From Geosiphon pyriformis uo1 (taxonomy: Eukaryota > Fungi > Glomeromycota), in NCBI GenBank assembly GCA_016748015.1, contig JAAOMT010000617.1, forward strand, positions 1-64,000: 64,000 nucleotides of DNA, written 5' to 3'. This document shows positions 36,785-51,720 of the stretch, piece by piece; position 1 is the first letter of the stretch; the number at the start of each line of letters is the position of its first letter. Below the pieces are notes generated by a model, which was given only the letters and a program-made list of their open reading frames with translations, did not search any database and was not told the DNA's origin. The position numbers and the translations under genes are program-made.

Positions 36785-39700
36785 ATGTAATTAAAAACTA
36801 TTTGTTTAGTATAATTAATTATTAAATTTTATTAACATAGATTGTTAATAATATAGAAGTGATTAATATTTCTTAATTAAGTAATAATAATATAAATTTA
36901 GATGATAATTAATATTTTATTAAAATAGATATGATTTTACTTTAAGTTATAGAAAACTATTTTTTAAAAGAAAAAATATTAAATAATTATTGATTTCTAG
37001 CTACTGTTCTAAACTTTGAACTGTATAAATACTTTTTTTGTTTCTAATACTCTCACTATATATATATAATTTTTAAGCAATATGTTATGATTTTCTGACA
37101 ATATGCTTATTGTTAAACAATATACTATGATTTTTTAATAATATATTTATTGTTAAACAATATGCTATAATTTTCTAACAATATGCTTATTTGTTGAGTA
37201 CTATTTTTTTATTGGCCTATTTTTACTATCTGTTTTTTCTACTTCTTTTTTGTATTCTTTTCTATAAATAACATTATTTTTTCTTTTAATATTAAGCTCT
37301 ATCAAAATATTTATTTTGAATTAAGTTTATTACTTTTCTTTTTAATATTGTTTAATTAATTCTGATTCTTATGTCTTCAAATTAAAAGTTGTTTATTTTT
37401 TTCTACTGGTTAATAGTTATTGTTTTCATTTTTGTATATAGTAGTATTTTTGGATAATCTTAAAATATAATATGTAGTTAATAAATTGTTTTAATATATA
37501 GTATAGAATTTGTCTTCTTTCTGATAAAGTTTTTAATCTGTTGTACTATTTTTTAATTGAATATTCTTTTGGATTTATTAATATACAATTTCTAAATATT
37601 CAGTTTTTGTCTCAATTAATAATAATAATATAATATTAGAAGTTGTTTTATTCATAATTTCTAGTTCTTTTTAGTTAATTTCTTTGTTAAAACAGTTTTT
37701 GATATTTTTTCAAAAGTGTTTTTTATTTTTTATATAATCTTATTTAATTAATGCTTTGTTTAATTCTGTGATTATTGATATAAAATAATTTTTGCTTTTT
37801 TTTTTGTGTTTTAATAACAAATTGTTTGGTAATTGATGATAATTTTTATGTTCAATTGTTGTTGATTTATAACTTAAAACAATTGTTGTGTCATTGTATA
37901 GATATAATCTAAAATTTCTATCTTTTATTGTTGCTTTTATCACATATATTGTGTCTTTATATACTGTTTTGGTAGATCAATTTGATATGTTTGTGTTAAT
38001 GATTATGATTGGTTTTAGATCTTATAAAATTTTATCTGGTTGAATTAGTATTTGTTATACTTCCAGTTATAGAATATTACTGATCAATAATAATATCATA
38101 TTGTAATATAATTTTAGTCAATTATTATATACTGCTTTAGCTAAGATTTTGTTGTTCTATTTTAATTTATATGCTTTATTTTCCAGAATTTTTTCAATAT
38201 AAATAGACTATTCTATTTGGAATTAAATTTTTCATTTCATTGTTTTTTTGCTTTAGTATAATATAAGAGTATTTTGTCTTTAATTCTGAATTTAACTGGT
38301 TTATTTAGTAACTGGTTATTATGTTATTTTTTTTATTTTTTTTGTAATTTTTGTATATTATTAACTATTCTTTGTTTTTTGTTTTCTAGAGTTTTTATTA
38401 AGTTATATGTTTTTCTTAACAATGTTTCTTGAAAATTAGCTTTTATTATTGGTATTATTGAATATGTATTAATTTTTATTTCTATTAGTAATATTGCTGT
38501 TCTATTATAGATTAGTTCAAATAATATTATTTGTGTAGTATTTTGTTTTATTGTTTGATAAGCATATAATACTAATAATATAAATATATTGGTTTTTTTG
38601 GTTAATCTTGGCTATTGTTTTACACAATGTTCTGTTAAACTTTTTAACTAAGTTATTGGTTTGTGAATAATATAAAAATAATAATAATCTTTTAATTCTA
38701 AATTTTTGACTTAATTCTGTTAATGTTCTGTTTACAAAGTGAGTTTTTTGGTCTAATAATAATTCTTTTAGATATCTATGTCGATAAATTAAAGCTTGAT
38801 ATATGAATTCAGCTATGAATTCTGCATCTGCTCTTTAAATTGCTTTAACTTTTGGCCATTTTGTAAGATAGTCTATAGCTATTGTTATATATTTGTTATT
38901 TTTGTTAGTTATTGTTAATGGTCTAACTAAGTCAATTTCAATTTGATTAAATAATTGTCTTATTTTAATTGGTCTTAGTGATTTGCTAAATTTTGCTCTT
39001 TTTTTTTCTAATAAGTATTACAACTTTAAACATATTAGATAATATTTGAATATATTAATAATTAATAATATTTTTTTTTGGTTTTTTTTATGGTTGTTTC
39101 TTTATAAAAATATCTAGTAATTGGATCTAAGTACATATTAAACAATATTGTTTTTTTTCTGGTTTTGTGATTACTCTAAATAATTAATCTAGATCTTTTC
39201 TGTTTTTTTAATATAATATATTTTGGTAAGTGATAAAATATTTTGATTGTTGTTTTATATAATTTTGTTTTTTTTGAGATAATTTCTCTTTGAACTATTA
39301 AGTATTAATATAATATTAAAGTTGTTGGTATTTTTATGTATTTATCTTTTATTATATTTTTGGATTGAAATATTTTAGATTTGTTTTATTTATAATAATT
39401 CATTAATATTTCTATTTTTTTTTCTTTTTTTATAATATACTGTATAATTAAATGGTAAAAGTTATATTTTCTATTTGGTATAACAATTGTCTTTAAATTT
39501 TTGCTTCTGGATTAATATTAATTCTTTGTAATCAGTATATATATTAAATGTTTGACTCAAGTATTTGTTTTATTTTATAACAGTCTAATAAATAGCTAAA
39601 TGTTTTAGTGCTAAAATTCTATAGTTATTTTTAACTGGACTCAAATTTTGACTAATATATATTACTGAATGTTCTTGTCTATTTAATTTTTTTTGTAATA

Positions 39701-41509
39701 GTACAACTTTCAATACTTGGCCTAATACATCTGTTGTAATAATGAATAGCTTGCTGTGATCTGAATAGATCAAAACTGGAGCTTAAATAAGCTTTTGTTT
39801 TATGATATTAAAGACTTCTTATTGTGTTACAGTCTATTTATATTTGGTGTTTTTGGTTTAGAACTGGTACAATAGTTAAGCCAATTTGGAGAAATTCTAA
39901 ATAAAGCAGCAATAGTATTTAGTAAATTCTAAAAATGCTTGTAATTTAGTTAAATTAATGGGAACTGAAAAGTTTTTAACTATTTTGATTTTGTTTGGAT
40001 CTGTTTTTATGCTGTCTTTGCTTATAATATGTTTCAAAAACTTGAGTTTAGTTTTTTCAAAAAAGTATTTGGTTGCATTTAGCTTCAATCCAATTCTTTT
40101 TAATCTTTCAAACACTTATTAGAAATGGCAAAAATAATCATCAAATATTTTGGAGAACATATTAGTATTATTTAAGTAGACTGCTATTGATTTCTATAAT
40201 AGTTCAGTATACACAATTTTTATTAGCTATTGAAAAGTGACTAGAACATTGGTTAAGCTAAAAAACATAACATTAAATTCAAAGTTTTTTTTAGTAGTAA
40301 ATGTTGTTTTCTTTTTATTAGCTGAATTCATGGCTACTTATTAGTAACTACTATTTAGATCTAATGTAAAGAATTATTTTTTTCATCTAAAAGTATCAAA
40401 TAATTTTTGAATCTGTAAAGTTATATAGCTGTATTTATAAATAATACTGTTGAAATATTTGTAATTTACACAAAAGCAAATTTTTCTATTTTTTTTTTAG
40501 ATAAGTACAACTAATAATAAATATGAACTCATTAATAATTAAATTAACTTATTATCTAACATACAATTAATTTTTTGACAAATGATTTCATGGCTAATAG
40601 GTAGTATTTAATATGTTTTTTGTTTTATTGACATTGTATCTTCAGTTTTGATTTGGTGCTGAATGATATTAGTTCTGCTAAATTCATTTTTATTTGTAAA
40701 AATATTAATAAAATTGTTAATAATAGCTTAAGTTGTATATGTTGAAATAGATCTAAGTTTTCTAAGTTTATTTGTTTCAACAATTCTGGTTGTAGTAAAT
40801 AATATTTTTTTTGTTTATAAATTGTTTATAATGTAATGTCTACATATCTACAAAGTTGTAAAAAATCTGAAATAGTAGTTGGTGCTTGATTTTTAACTTT
40901 AGTGCTTAAGTATTTGATGATGGTTTTACTTGGTATTTCCATTGGATTTTCAGTTGTATTGTGTATTGGAATTTTAATGTGTTTATGGTTCTTGGTTAGT
41001 ATGTAGAAATTGGTAATAGCAATTTTTTCTAATTTATAAATCGTAGATTTTACTTTAAAAATCTGGAGTTGATCTCTTATTTTTTTCATTATGACTAATA
41101 TATACTGATTATATGATAAAATAAAAATTGATTAATTAGTGAAAATAATTTTTTTTAATCAATTAGTTCTTTTTTTGCCATATTGACTGGTATTTATATT
41201 TTATCCATAAATCTGAATCTATTTATTTCTTTTGCTGTAATTTTCAACTTTTCTCTTATTTTTATTGATACTAATTGAGCTATTTTTATCAGAAATAGAA
41301 ATATTTTCTGTACTATTTTTTATTTGATTTGATAATATATGTTTTTTTTAATTTATTTTATAGTATTGCAATAATATTTTATTACATATCTTGTATCAAT
41401 TATTCTTTTTCTGATATTAATTTTTTTTTTACTAAACTAGATTTAAGCACCAATTGTACTATTGTTATTGCTAGAATTTTAACTGCTATTTTTAAATCTA
41501 TGCTGGTGT

Positions 41510-41943
41510 TGTTACAAATGATTATTTAGAGTCTCAAAGCAAATAACAAACCTGTAACTTGGTGCTTAATTGATATAATGATGTTGATTTCTAAAGGTTT
41601 TCATGATCTGAAGGTTTTGGTTGAGTTCTTTGTATAATAGACAGAAATTCAATGGTTGTTTTCAGTAGTCTCCCAGAATTGAAATTCTGTTGAATTTTTT
41701 TCTCAGCATGATGGCTGGTAATTTGGCAAAAATGCTTTTCTGGTAAGCTATTCTTAATGTATTAAACTTTATATTCTTTTTTTGGGGTTTTTTACCAAGC
41801 TATCTTTAACATCAATAACTCAGTGCTTTACTTTTTAATCAATTAGTCCACAATAAAAAATAAAAAATAACAGAAAAAAAAAAAAAAAAAAAAAAAAACA
41901 AAAANNNNNNNNNNNNNNNNNNNNTAAAAAACAAAAAAAAAAG

Positions 41944-42027
<84 letters not shown>

Positions 42028-42468
42028 AATAAGCCAAGACAATAAATGTTAATATCCCATCAATAGCTATGATTAAGAGCTATTGTTCTAGTGTAGTTAA
42101 AGATCAATAGCTATTAACATAAAGTGTTAATAGTGGGTAATAGATTGAGATAGTCAATATTTATTTATTAATATTTGTGATTTGGAAAGTTGCTTAGATT
42201 AAATTTAAACTGAGAAGTCTGTTTTTTTTATTTCTAATGCTACCACTATATTTACATAATTAAGATTTCTCAATTTCTTAATTCTTTACACCAGAAATCT
42301 TGGAATTTCTGGAATCTTGGAATTCTGTAATTTCTTGTACAAAAATCCTGAAATTCCTGGAATTTTGCAATTCTTCTAAGAGGAATTCTGGAATTCTACT
42401 TTTTACTATATCTATTTCTGATTGGCTAATTTATATGCTAATCTATTTTTTATATTCTAAGAGTAACA
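41510..42468 (-). repeat. 3' LTR of element X (internal A-tract inflated around an assembly gap)
   Basis: TGTTAC...GTAACA. Its best match is 61779-62637, not 50819-51720. Confidence 0.9.
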
Positions 42469-44939
42469 TTATTTTCTCCTTTTTAATATTGAGCTCTGTT
42501 AAAATTTTCTAATTCTAATTCTCTATCTTTAAGTATTTTTTGAACTTTTTTTTCAAGAATTACTTGTGTTATCTTGTTCTGTAATTCCTCAAATTAGACA
42601 TTGGTTATTTTTCTTATTTGATTAATGATAATAGAGTTCATTGCTGGATTGAGTAAGATTTCTGGTTGATCTTGAAATCCAACTTGTAATTAATAAATGG
42701 CTTATGCTTGTGTGATTATATTGTTCTTTTCCATAAATTGTTCAAGTTGTTATAATATTTCTGTATCAAATAATTGCTTGTTTTATCTGTATATAAGTTT
42801 TGAATATTCAAATATTGTCTTAAGTGAAAATAACAAAAGTTTTTTGGAAATTGTTGTGTCTACCAATTCCATGTTTCTATTGTCAACTCTTGATATTGAA
42901 TGACTTTTGGTTGTGTTTTTATTGTTAATTTCACTTTTGTGATTATTTTGTCAATAGTGTTTTCTGTTTTTCTCTGTACTTTATTTTATGGTCCCTTTTT
43001 GGTGTTTTTGTATCTGATAGTTTGTTAATTGATTGTAATTTCTATTTCTTGTTGTTGGATCAGTTAAAATAATTGTTGTGCTAGTGAGTAGATATCATCA
43101 GTAATTTCTATTTTTCTGTTGTCTTTTATCATGTCTACCATGTCTTTATATTCTTTTTAGTTGTTTAATTTGATATGTTGGTGTCAATAATAATGATTGG
43201 TTCTAGATCTTGTAAAATCTCATCTGGTTAAACTAGTATTTCCTGTACTCCTAATTGTGAAATATTATTGGTAGATGATAATATAATATGGGGATATAGT
43301 TTTAATCAATCACTATGTGCTGCTTTGGCTAAAATCTTGTTGTCTCATTTAATTTATAAGTTCTATTTCTAAAAATTTCTTCTATGTGAAATGGTCCATC
43401 CCATTTGGGGTCAAATTTTTCACTCTATTGTTTTTCTGCTTTCATATAATGCAAAAGTACTTTGTCTTTAATCTTGAATTCAACTGGTTTATCTGATAGT
43501 TGGTTATTGTGTCTTTTTTTTTGTTTTTTTTGTGACTTCTGAATGTTATTAGCTGCTTTTTACTGTTTGTTTTCTAGTGTTTCCATTAAGTCATATATTT
43601 TTTTTAACAATGTTTCTTGAAAATTGTCTTCTGTTATTGGTTCAGTTAAACATGCACTGACTTCTATTTTAACTGGTAATGTTGCTGTTCTACTGTATAC
43701 TAATTCAAATAGTATTGCTTGTGTAATATCTTGCTTTATTGTGCAATAAACAAATAATACTGATGGTATAAACAAATCCTATTCATCTTGATTTTTTTAA
43801 CTGATTTTGACAATTGCTTTACACAATATTCTATTAAACTTTTCAATTAACTCATTTGTTTGTAGATGGTATAATAATAATAATAATCTTTTTATTCTAA
43901 ATCTTTGACTTAATTCTGCCAATGTTCTATTTACAAAATAAATTCTTTGGTCTAATAGTAATTTTTTTAGGCATCTATGTTGACAAATCAAATCTTGTTA
44001 AACAAATTTGGCAACAAATTCTATATCTGCTCTTTGAATGGCTTTTGCTTTTGGCCATTTTGTAAAATAATCCATAGCTACTGTAATATATCTGTTTCTT
44101 TTGCTGGTTATTGTTAATGGTCCAACTAAGTCAATTTCAATGCAATCAAATAGTTGTTTCACTTTGATTGGTTTCAATGGCTCATTGGGTTTTGTTCTTC
44201 CTCTTCTTTGACAAGCATCACAATTTTGAACATATTAAATAATGTCTGGATACATAAATGGCCAGTAGTATCTTTTTTTGGTTCTTTTTATTGTTGTTTT
44301 TTTGTGAAAATATTCTGTTGTTGAATCTGAGTGCATGTTGAACAGTATTGTTTCTTTTTCCAGTTCTGTAATTACTCTGGTTGGTTGATCTGAAGTTCTT
44401 TTGTTCTTTTGGTAAAGTATATTTTGATAATTGATAAAATATTTTGATTGTTGTTTTATGTTGTTTTGTTCTTTTTAAGATAATTTTTCCTTGAACTATT
44501 AAGTATTTATATAATACTAGAGTTGTTGATATTTTTGTGTGTTTATTTTTGTTATATTTTTGGGTTGAAATGTTTTTAAATTTGTTTTATTCACAACAAA
44601 CCATCAGTATTTCTGTTTTTTTTTCCTTTTTTATAATATACAGTATAATTAAATAATAACAGTTCTATTTTCTATCTAGCATGGCAATCATTTCCAAATT
44701 TTTGCTTCTGTATTGAAGTCAGTCCTTTATGATCAATATACATGTTAAACTTTTGGCTTAAGTATTTTTTCTATTTTATGATTGCCTAATAGATTGCTAA
44801 GTGTTTTAGTGCTGGAGTTCTATAGTTCTTTTTAGCTGGACTTAAGCTTCTGCCGGTATAAATTACTGGGTGTTCTTGTTCATCTGGTTCTTTTTGAGAT
44901 AGTACAGCTCTTAATATTTGACCAGATACATTAGTAGTA

Positions 44940-47900
44940 ATGATGAATGATTTGCTGTAATCTGGATAGATCAATACTGGAGCTTGGATGAGCTTTTTCC
45001 TCAGAATATCAAAAGCTTCTTGTTGACTTTCTGTCCATTCATATTTTGCATTTTTGTTTTGCAGTTGATTGAGTGGCTGTGCTATCTTAGAAAAGTTCTT
45101 GATAAAACAATGATAGTAGCTGGCAAATCCCAAGAATGATTTCAGTTCTGTTATATTGGTCAGCACTAGAAAGTTCTTTACTATCTCTATTTTCTCTGGA
45201 TCTGTTTTGATGCCGTCTTTGCTGACTATGTGTCCCAAGAATTTGAGTTCTGTCTTGTCAAAGAAGCACTTTGTCACATTTAACTTTAGTCCCACTCTTC
45301 TTAGTCTTTCAAACACTTGTTGAAGATGATGAAGATGATCATCAAATGTTTTTGAGAATACATTGGTGTTGTCCAAGTATACAACTACTGATTTCCACAA
45401 TAAGCCAGTGTAAACAATTTCTATTAGCCGTTGGAAAGTTGCTGGGACATTAGTTAAGCCGAATGGCATCACTTCAAATTCAAAATTCCCTTCTCAAGTA
45501 GTAAATGCTGTCTTCTCTTTGTCAGCTGGATTCATGGCTACTTGTCAGTAACCATTGTCCAAATCTAATATGGAGAACCATTTGTTCCCACCAAAAGCAT
45601 CGAATAATTTCTGTATTCATAGAGTTGGATAACTGTCTCCATGAATTACTCTATTGAGTTTCCTGTAGTCTATACAAAACTGGATTTTTCCATTTTTCTT
45701 ATAAACAAGTACCACTGGTAATGACCATGGACTCATTGATGGTTAAATTAGCCTGTTGTCAAGCATTCTGTTTATCTCTTGACAAATAATCTTGTGGCTG
45801 GCTGACAGCACTCTGTATGCTTTTTGTTTGATTGGCATTGCATCTTCAGTCTTGATCTGATGCTGGATGATGTCAGTTCGGCCAAACTTATTTTTGCTGG
45901 CAAAGATGTCATTGAAGTTGTTGAGTAACATCCTGAGCTGTATACATTGGAGTGGATCTAAGTTTCCTATGTTCATTTGTTCCAATTGTTCTGGTTGGAG
46001 CAAATAACATTCACTTCATCCATATATTGTTTGTGATATGATGTCAATATATTCACATAGTTGTGGAAAGTCTGAAATGGGGTTTGGTGGTTGGTTTTCT
46101 ATTTCTGTGGTTAAATATCCGATGATAGTTTTTTCTGGTATGTTGATGATATTGCCAGTGTTGTTGTAGATGGGAATTTTTATGCTGCTATAGCTTTTGG
46201 CTAGTATGTGAAGATTGACCAACCCAATCTCTCCTGATTCACAAAGGTTTGCTTCTGCTTCAAAAATTTGTTCTTGGTCTTTTTTCTTTCTTTCTACTGC
46301 TAGCATGTACTGGCTATATGGTGGGATGAAAATAGCTTAACCAGTTGAGATAATTTCTCCTTGGCCAACAATTTTTTCCTCCGCCATATTAACTGGTACA
46401 TCTATTCTATCTGTTGATCCAAATCTTTGTATTTCTTTCGCTGTTATTCCTAATTCCTCCCTCTTTCCCACTAACATTAACTGAGCTATTCTAACCAAAA
46501 GCAGGAATATTGCCTGTGCTATCTTTTCATTGGGCTCTATTATATAGGCCTTTTCTGAGTTATTTTGTAGTATGGCAATGATATTTCTTACATATTCCAC
46601 ATCAATTATTCCTCCCCTTATATTGATCCCTCTTTTCGCTAAACTACTCCTAGATGCTAATTGAATCATTGTTGTTGCCAGAATCTCTAGTGCTATTTTC
46701 AGATCAATGCAGGTGTGTGAATGCGGTTCCAATTTAATGGCATCATTTCCTGGATATCTTAAATCAAACCCTGCATCCGTATCATGCACACGTTCTGGCA
46801 TAATACCTTCCCCATTGTCACTATACCATTTCAACTCTTGTTCCTTGGAGAGATCTGGTAGTGCAATGTATTGTTCATAGTTTAAATCGGGTTTTGAATC
46901 TGCATCTGAATTGTTTTCACCGTCATTGCCATTTGGAACGGAGCTGGAACCAGTGTTTTCATCATCATTATTGGAGTCTGGATCACAATTAATCAGCAAT
47001 TCTGATTCTGATGCACAGCTGCTGATTGGTTTTTCTTTTTCAGGGATCGAATAGATCATGCATGGTGGTGGATTGTAAATAAGGTCACAATTGTCACAAT
47101 ATTCAAAGTTACTGGAAATTAAACAATGACAACACAGTTTTGTATTTAACTGTGCTAGCCATTGTTCTTGCTCTTCTCTAGTGGGTGCCAAGTTTTGGTA
47201 GTGTTCATGGAACTCTTCTGGTTCCAGAAAATTTATAACTGGCTCTGCATCTCAGTTAAGCTCGATGGATTCTGGTGGGTTGTTTTTAATTGTCCGGATT
47301 TCTTCTGGCAATGTGCCTTCGATTTTGGCAGTTGCTATTTTCCAAATTTTGTCATCATCATGTAGACAACTGTCTAATCGTTGCAATGCTCTTTGCCAAG
47401 TGGCTTTGATTGGTGTCCTCTTTTTAACCCAGTCGCTGATCAGAATCGTGTATTAACATTCTATGTCGCATATTCCTCCATGTCCAGGAATGTCATGCCA
47501 CATTCCTTCATCCAATAAAGTCTCTCCACAAGCTAAACATGGCTGATTGTCTCATTTCCTGACTCATTTTGGTTTTCCAAAGCATTCAAAGACACATGGG
47601 TGGCAATAGAACCTAGTTGCCATTAAATATTCCTCATCATCCCCATAGCATGCACCCATTGATGACAATTTCTTGCCACAATCGACACATATAAGCTTAG
47701 GTTGACAATAGGTAAATTGTTGTGGTATAGAGTAGGTGTTATAAGCAGTGGCGGTTTGGGTGGTCTCTTCTTCTTTCCCTTTTCTTTTATTTTCTTTGTC
47801 CTCTTCTCATTCCCAGCTTGAAGTCAGTTTGCTCTCGTCATTGTCGGTCCATGTCAAGTCATCAGTTTCCCAGGTAAGTTCTTCCTTTTTCCCTGTTGTT

Positions 47901-50900
47901 GTTGTTCTAGAAGAGTATTGGTGGTAGTTCGTTGTGCTTTTCGTTAGTTCACAATACTTGGTAGGCTTCCCAGGTAGGCTTTTCTTTCTCCTCCTCCAGT
48001 TCAATCAATAATTTCTCTCTTAGAAGAGTTTTGAAGTGGCCATACATGGCCAGGACACGTATGTGTTGGCCCTGATATGTTAGCTGGAGTTCCTGGGTGT
48101 TCCAGTCTAATGTTGCATTGACTTTGAATAGCCAGTCATTACCTACGAGAGCTTGGTATTGAGTGGCTTCCATCACTAGAACTTTAATAGAAGTTACGAT
48201 GCCATTGACTTCAAAAGGAAAGTTGTCAATTTTGCTGATTGGAGTTTTGGTCGCTCCATTAGCTGTGATGATTCTGGCGCTGGCAGCTTGATCAACTCGG
48301 TGACCTAATTGATCCATGAGCTGTCTTGTGATTATGCTGCTTGCGGAACCACTGTCTAGGATTAATTTGATGGATTTTCCTTTGACTTTGGCATCAGTGT
48401 ACATCGCGGTGATTGGTTTGGCTTCAAGAGTGGCTCCACTAAATAATGGCATTGCAGCTGTTTCCTCAAATTCGAATGGGAAGATAGCAGACAATGACTT
48501 GTCTTTGGTGATAGTTGCAGATGAGATATTACTGGTGAGTAGTTGTTTTTGGGTAAATGCCGGGTTGTTGGTTGAAGCATCTTCTGGGGTGACCAGGAGA
48601 CTTAAATAGTTCTGGGAATTCGGGTTCTGGGGTTGACCAGTACCTGAATTCTGCTGGCATAATCCAGAGAGTTACTGTGAAAAACTGGGGATTGGTTGAT
48701 GGACTACTATCACCGATCTCCAGCTCTGTTGAGTCATTCTTGGTTTTTGGGTTCTATTGGGTGGTAAGCTTTGGGGCAGTGTTTGGATCTGTTGGGGTTG
48801 ATAGATTATTTGTGGCTGCAGTTGATATATTACTTGTGGCTGCAGCTGATAAATCGGAGGTTGATATACTGAAGACTAATAGACTAATGACTGTGTTACT
48901 GGTAGGTAAGTGGTTGGGTTTTGATTTGAGTACTGATTTGGAGTTTGGAACCAGCGATTGGGGTTTCAATATTGATTTCCTGATCATTGGTTATTTAAAC
49001 GCTGGCAACAGTCAATTTGGATATGTTCTTGTTTACCACAATAGTGGCAGATACACATTTCCTGTTGCCACTGTTAATTGGTTGATGAAGATGGATGTGG
49101 TTGATTTTGGTCATGATTGGAGTTTTTTTGATTATTGCGTCATTGTGGAGACTGATAAATGGTGTAATTGTCAGCTAAGTATCCTTCCAATCTTTTGTTG
49201 ATTGATTCACTGAACTTCTCCAATTTGGAATCCAGTTCAGATGATCCGTTTATTACTAGATTAATGGCTTAGATATGGTTAGCCTCTGACTCAGCAAATT
49301 CAAAATCTCTGGCGCATGTGATTGCATCTTGAAGCATGCCAGGATGCAACAGACATATATGTTGCAAGATGCTGCTGCATAGGCCATGGATAAACTGATT
49401 GAGTATCTGTAGGGCTGTGAAATAGTTGGCGTCAATTGCTTGAATTTGGCGTAGGTTTTGATGGAAGCATTCCAGGTAAGTGGTAACTGCTTCAGTTTCT
49501 CTTTGTTTCATGGTGGTGAATGCATTGACTAGGCGATTGATGCTGTTATTGTTGCTGAAGTATCTTAGGAATTCCGCTTTAAAGGCATTGAAATCTTGTG
49601 GTTTATTAATCAAGCTCTGGTACCATGAATTGGTAGTATCCTTGAGAAAGTAGAAAATGGTTTGCATTGCTCGAGCATCATTTCATCCATTGGCTGCAAT
49701 GGCCTTTTCTATATTATTCAGCCATATTTGAGCATCATTCTCTTTACCAATAAAGTTGTCAAGTTTTGCAATTGGTGCATAGGCCATTGGGTCTAAGTTA
49801 GGTGGTTGTGATGACTGTGGAAGCAGTTGTTGGGGTGGTAATTAAAGTGGCTGTTATATAGGTTTGGCTACTGGATTAATCAGCAGTTGATTAATGACAA
49901 TTATTGACAGTACGTTTTGCTGATTAATTAGTTCGGGGTTTTGATTTCTTTGATTTGGTGGCATTCGAATATTCAGAGTTTCGATTTCCAGATTCTTTAA
50001 CTGTTGCTGTGTTTGGATGTTCGGAGTTTCAACTTTTGGGTTTTCAGTGATTGGGTTTTGGTAAGTAAATTCTTGATCCTCTAATTCTTCTTCCTCTTTT
50101 TCTGATTCTGCTGCTTCTCACGGATCAGAGATTCTGAAATCTGGTGGAGGCGGTGGTGATCAAAGTCCTAATGGGGTTGATGATCGCAAATTAAATCTCT
50201 CAAAATATTCGCCATATGGTCCTAGCAATTCTGTTTTCCTTTGTCTATTTTGGAATGCAAATTGTCCAAATGTTGATGTCGCAGTTGATGGGAACGTATT
50301 GGTTGATGATATGTTGATGGCACTTCCAGGTGTATAGTAATATGATGAATTGCTTGAGGATTCAACTCTGTTTTTCTTTCAAGCAGGTGGCTGTAATTTT
50401 CTGGGTGTTACTGCTGGTGTTTGTAATTTTCCCTTGCCTTTACTAGTATATGTAATTGGATATCTTTGTTGAGTGTAGTGTTCAATTTCTTTGTTGATCT
50501 CAGTGATAATGGATGCAAAATTATGATTTGTTGGTAAGTTGGTGTTTTGAATTAATTTCTTATAGAAAGTTTCTCTTGCTGATTCAATATTCATTAGTGT
50601 TCCTAATAAAGAGGAAATCTTTTTATTGACGTAGAAATTGAAAGCTGATTTGGCGGATATATGATTATGGTTCAATCCCAAGTATTGACAATAGTGTTGA
50701 AATAAGGATTTTGCGAATCCTAAATGGTTTGCTCTTATAATTTCTGATTCTGCCACTTTTGGTTTGGTGTTGTCGGTGCTGGTTCTCTGTAAGATTATAC
50801 CTCACAGGGAGCACCAAATGTTACAGGTGATTATTTCTGCTGTTGAATTAAATAACAAACCCATAACTTGGTGCTCAAAAGCTGCTTTCGTGGATGATAT

Positions 50901-51720
50901 GTGGAAGGTATGGTATCTGAAGGTGTTGTATCTGAAGGGTTTGATGGATCTGAAGGTTTTGGTTGAGTTCTTTGTATAATAAACAGAGATTCAATAGTGT
51001 CGATGGTAGATGTATCTTTCCAAGAGTTTTCCCAATTTTTTTTTCAGCGTGGGGGCTGGATTTAGTCTAGCAGTCATGCTCTTCTGGTAAACTATCCAAT
51101 AATATATAAATCCTACTCTTATTTCTGGGTCTTTTACCAAACTATCCTTGACGTCAATAACTTAGCACTTAATCTTTTATCAATTAGTACACAACAACAA
51201 ATCAAAATAAAATAAAGAAAAAGAAATAAAGAAAGAAAATAAAGAAAGCAAAAGAAATAAGCCAAGGCAATTTGCAGATTAGTATCCCATCAATAGCCAT
51301 GATCAAGAACTATTGTTCCAGCATGATTAAGGATCAATTACTATTAACATAAAGTGTTGATAGTGTAGGGTGAATTTGAGATATGAAATAATTATTTTTA
51401 TTTGATGATTGCATTTCTAGGCTAAGAATTCTGTGGTATTGATTCTTTTTTCTGTTTTTAATACTACTGCTATATATACATAATTGAGATTCCTCAATTC
51501 CTTGATTTTTCATGACAGGAATCCTGGAATTCCTGGAATTCTGCAATTCCTTTGAGAGAAATCCTGGAATTTTGGAATCCTGCAATTCCTCATTGGGAAT
51601 CCTGAAATTCCTGGAATTCTGCAATTCCTAAGAGGAATCCTGGAATTTCACATTTACTATGCTTACTTCTGATTGGCTAATAATTATGCTAATATATTTC
51701 CTATATTTCTATGAGTAACA
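44940..51720 (-). mobile_element. Element Y 5' half (5' LTR, PBS, gag, protease, Cys-rich domain, dUTPase, RT), inverted
   Basis: LTR 50819-51720; PBS TGGTGCTCCCTGTGAGG at 50800-50816; ORFs 50379-50756, 49269-49667, 47949-48494 (LILDSGS), 46337-47191 (dUTPase), 44786-45472 (RT). Confidence 0.9.
50819..51720 (-). repeat. 5' LTR of element Y (902 bp)
   Basis: Its reverse complement matches 56660-57561 in length and sequence. Confidence 0.93.

Noticed and set aside
41839-42042. Poly-Phe ORFs and a ~150-bp poly(A) tract
   Set aside because: Low-complexity sequence around an N gap. The sister LTR (~62120-62170) has only a short A-rich tract.
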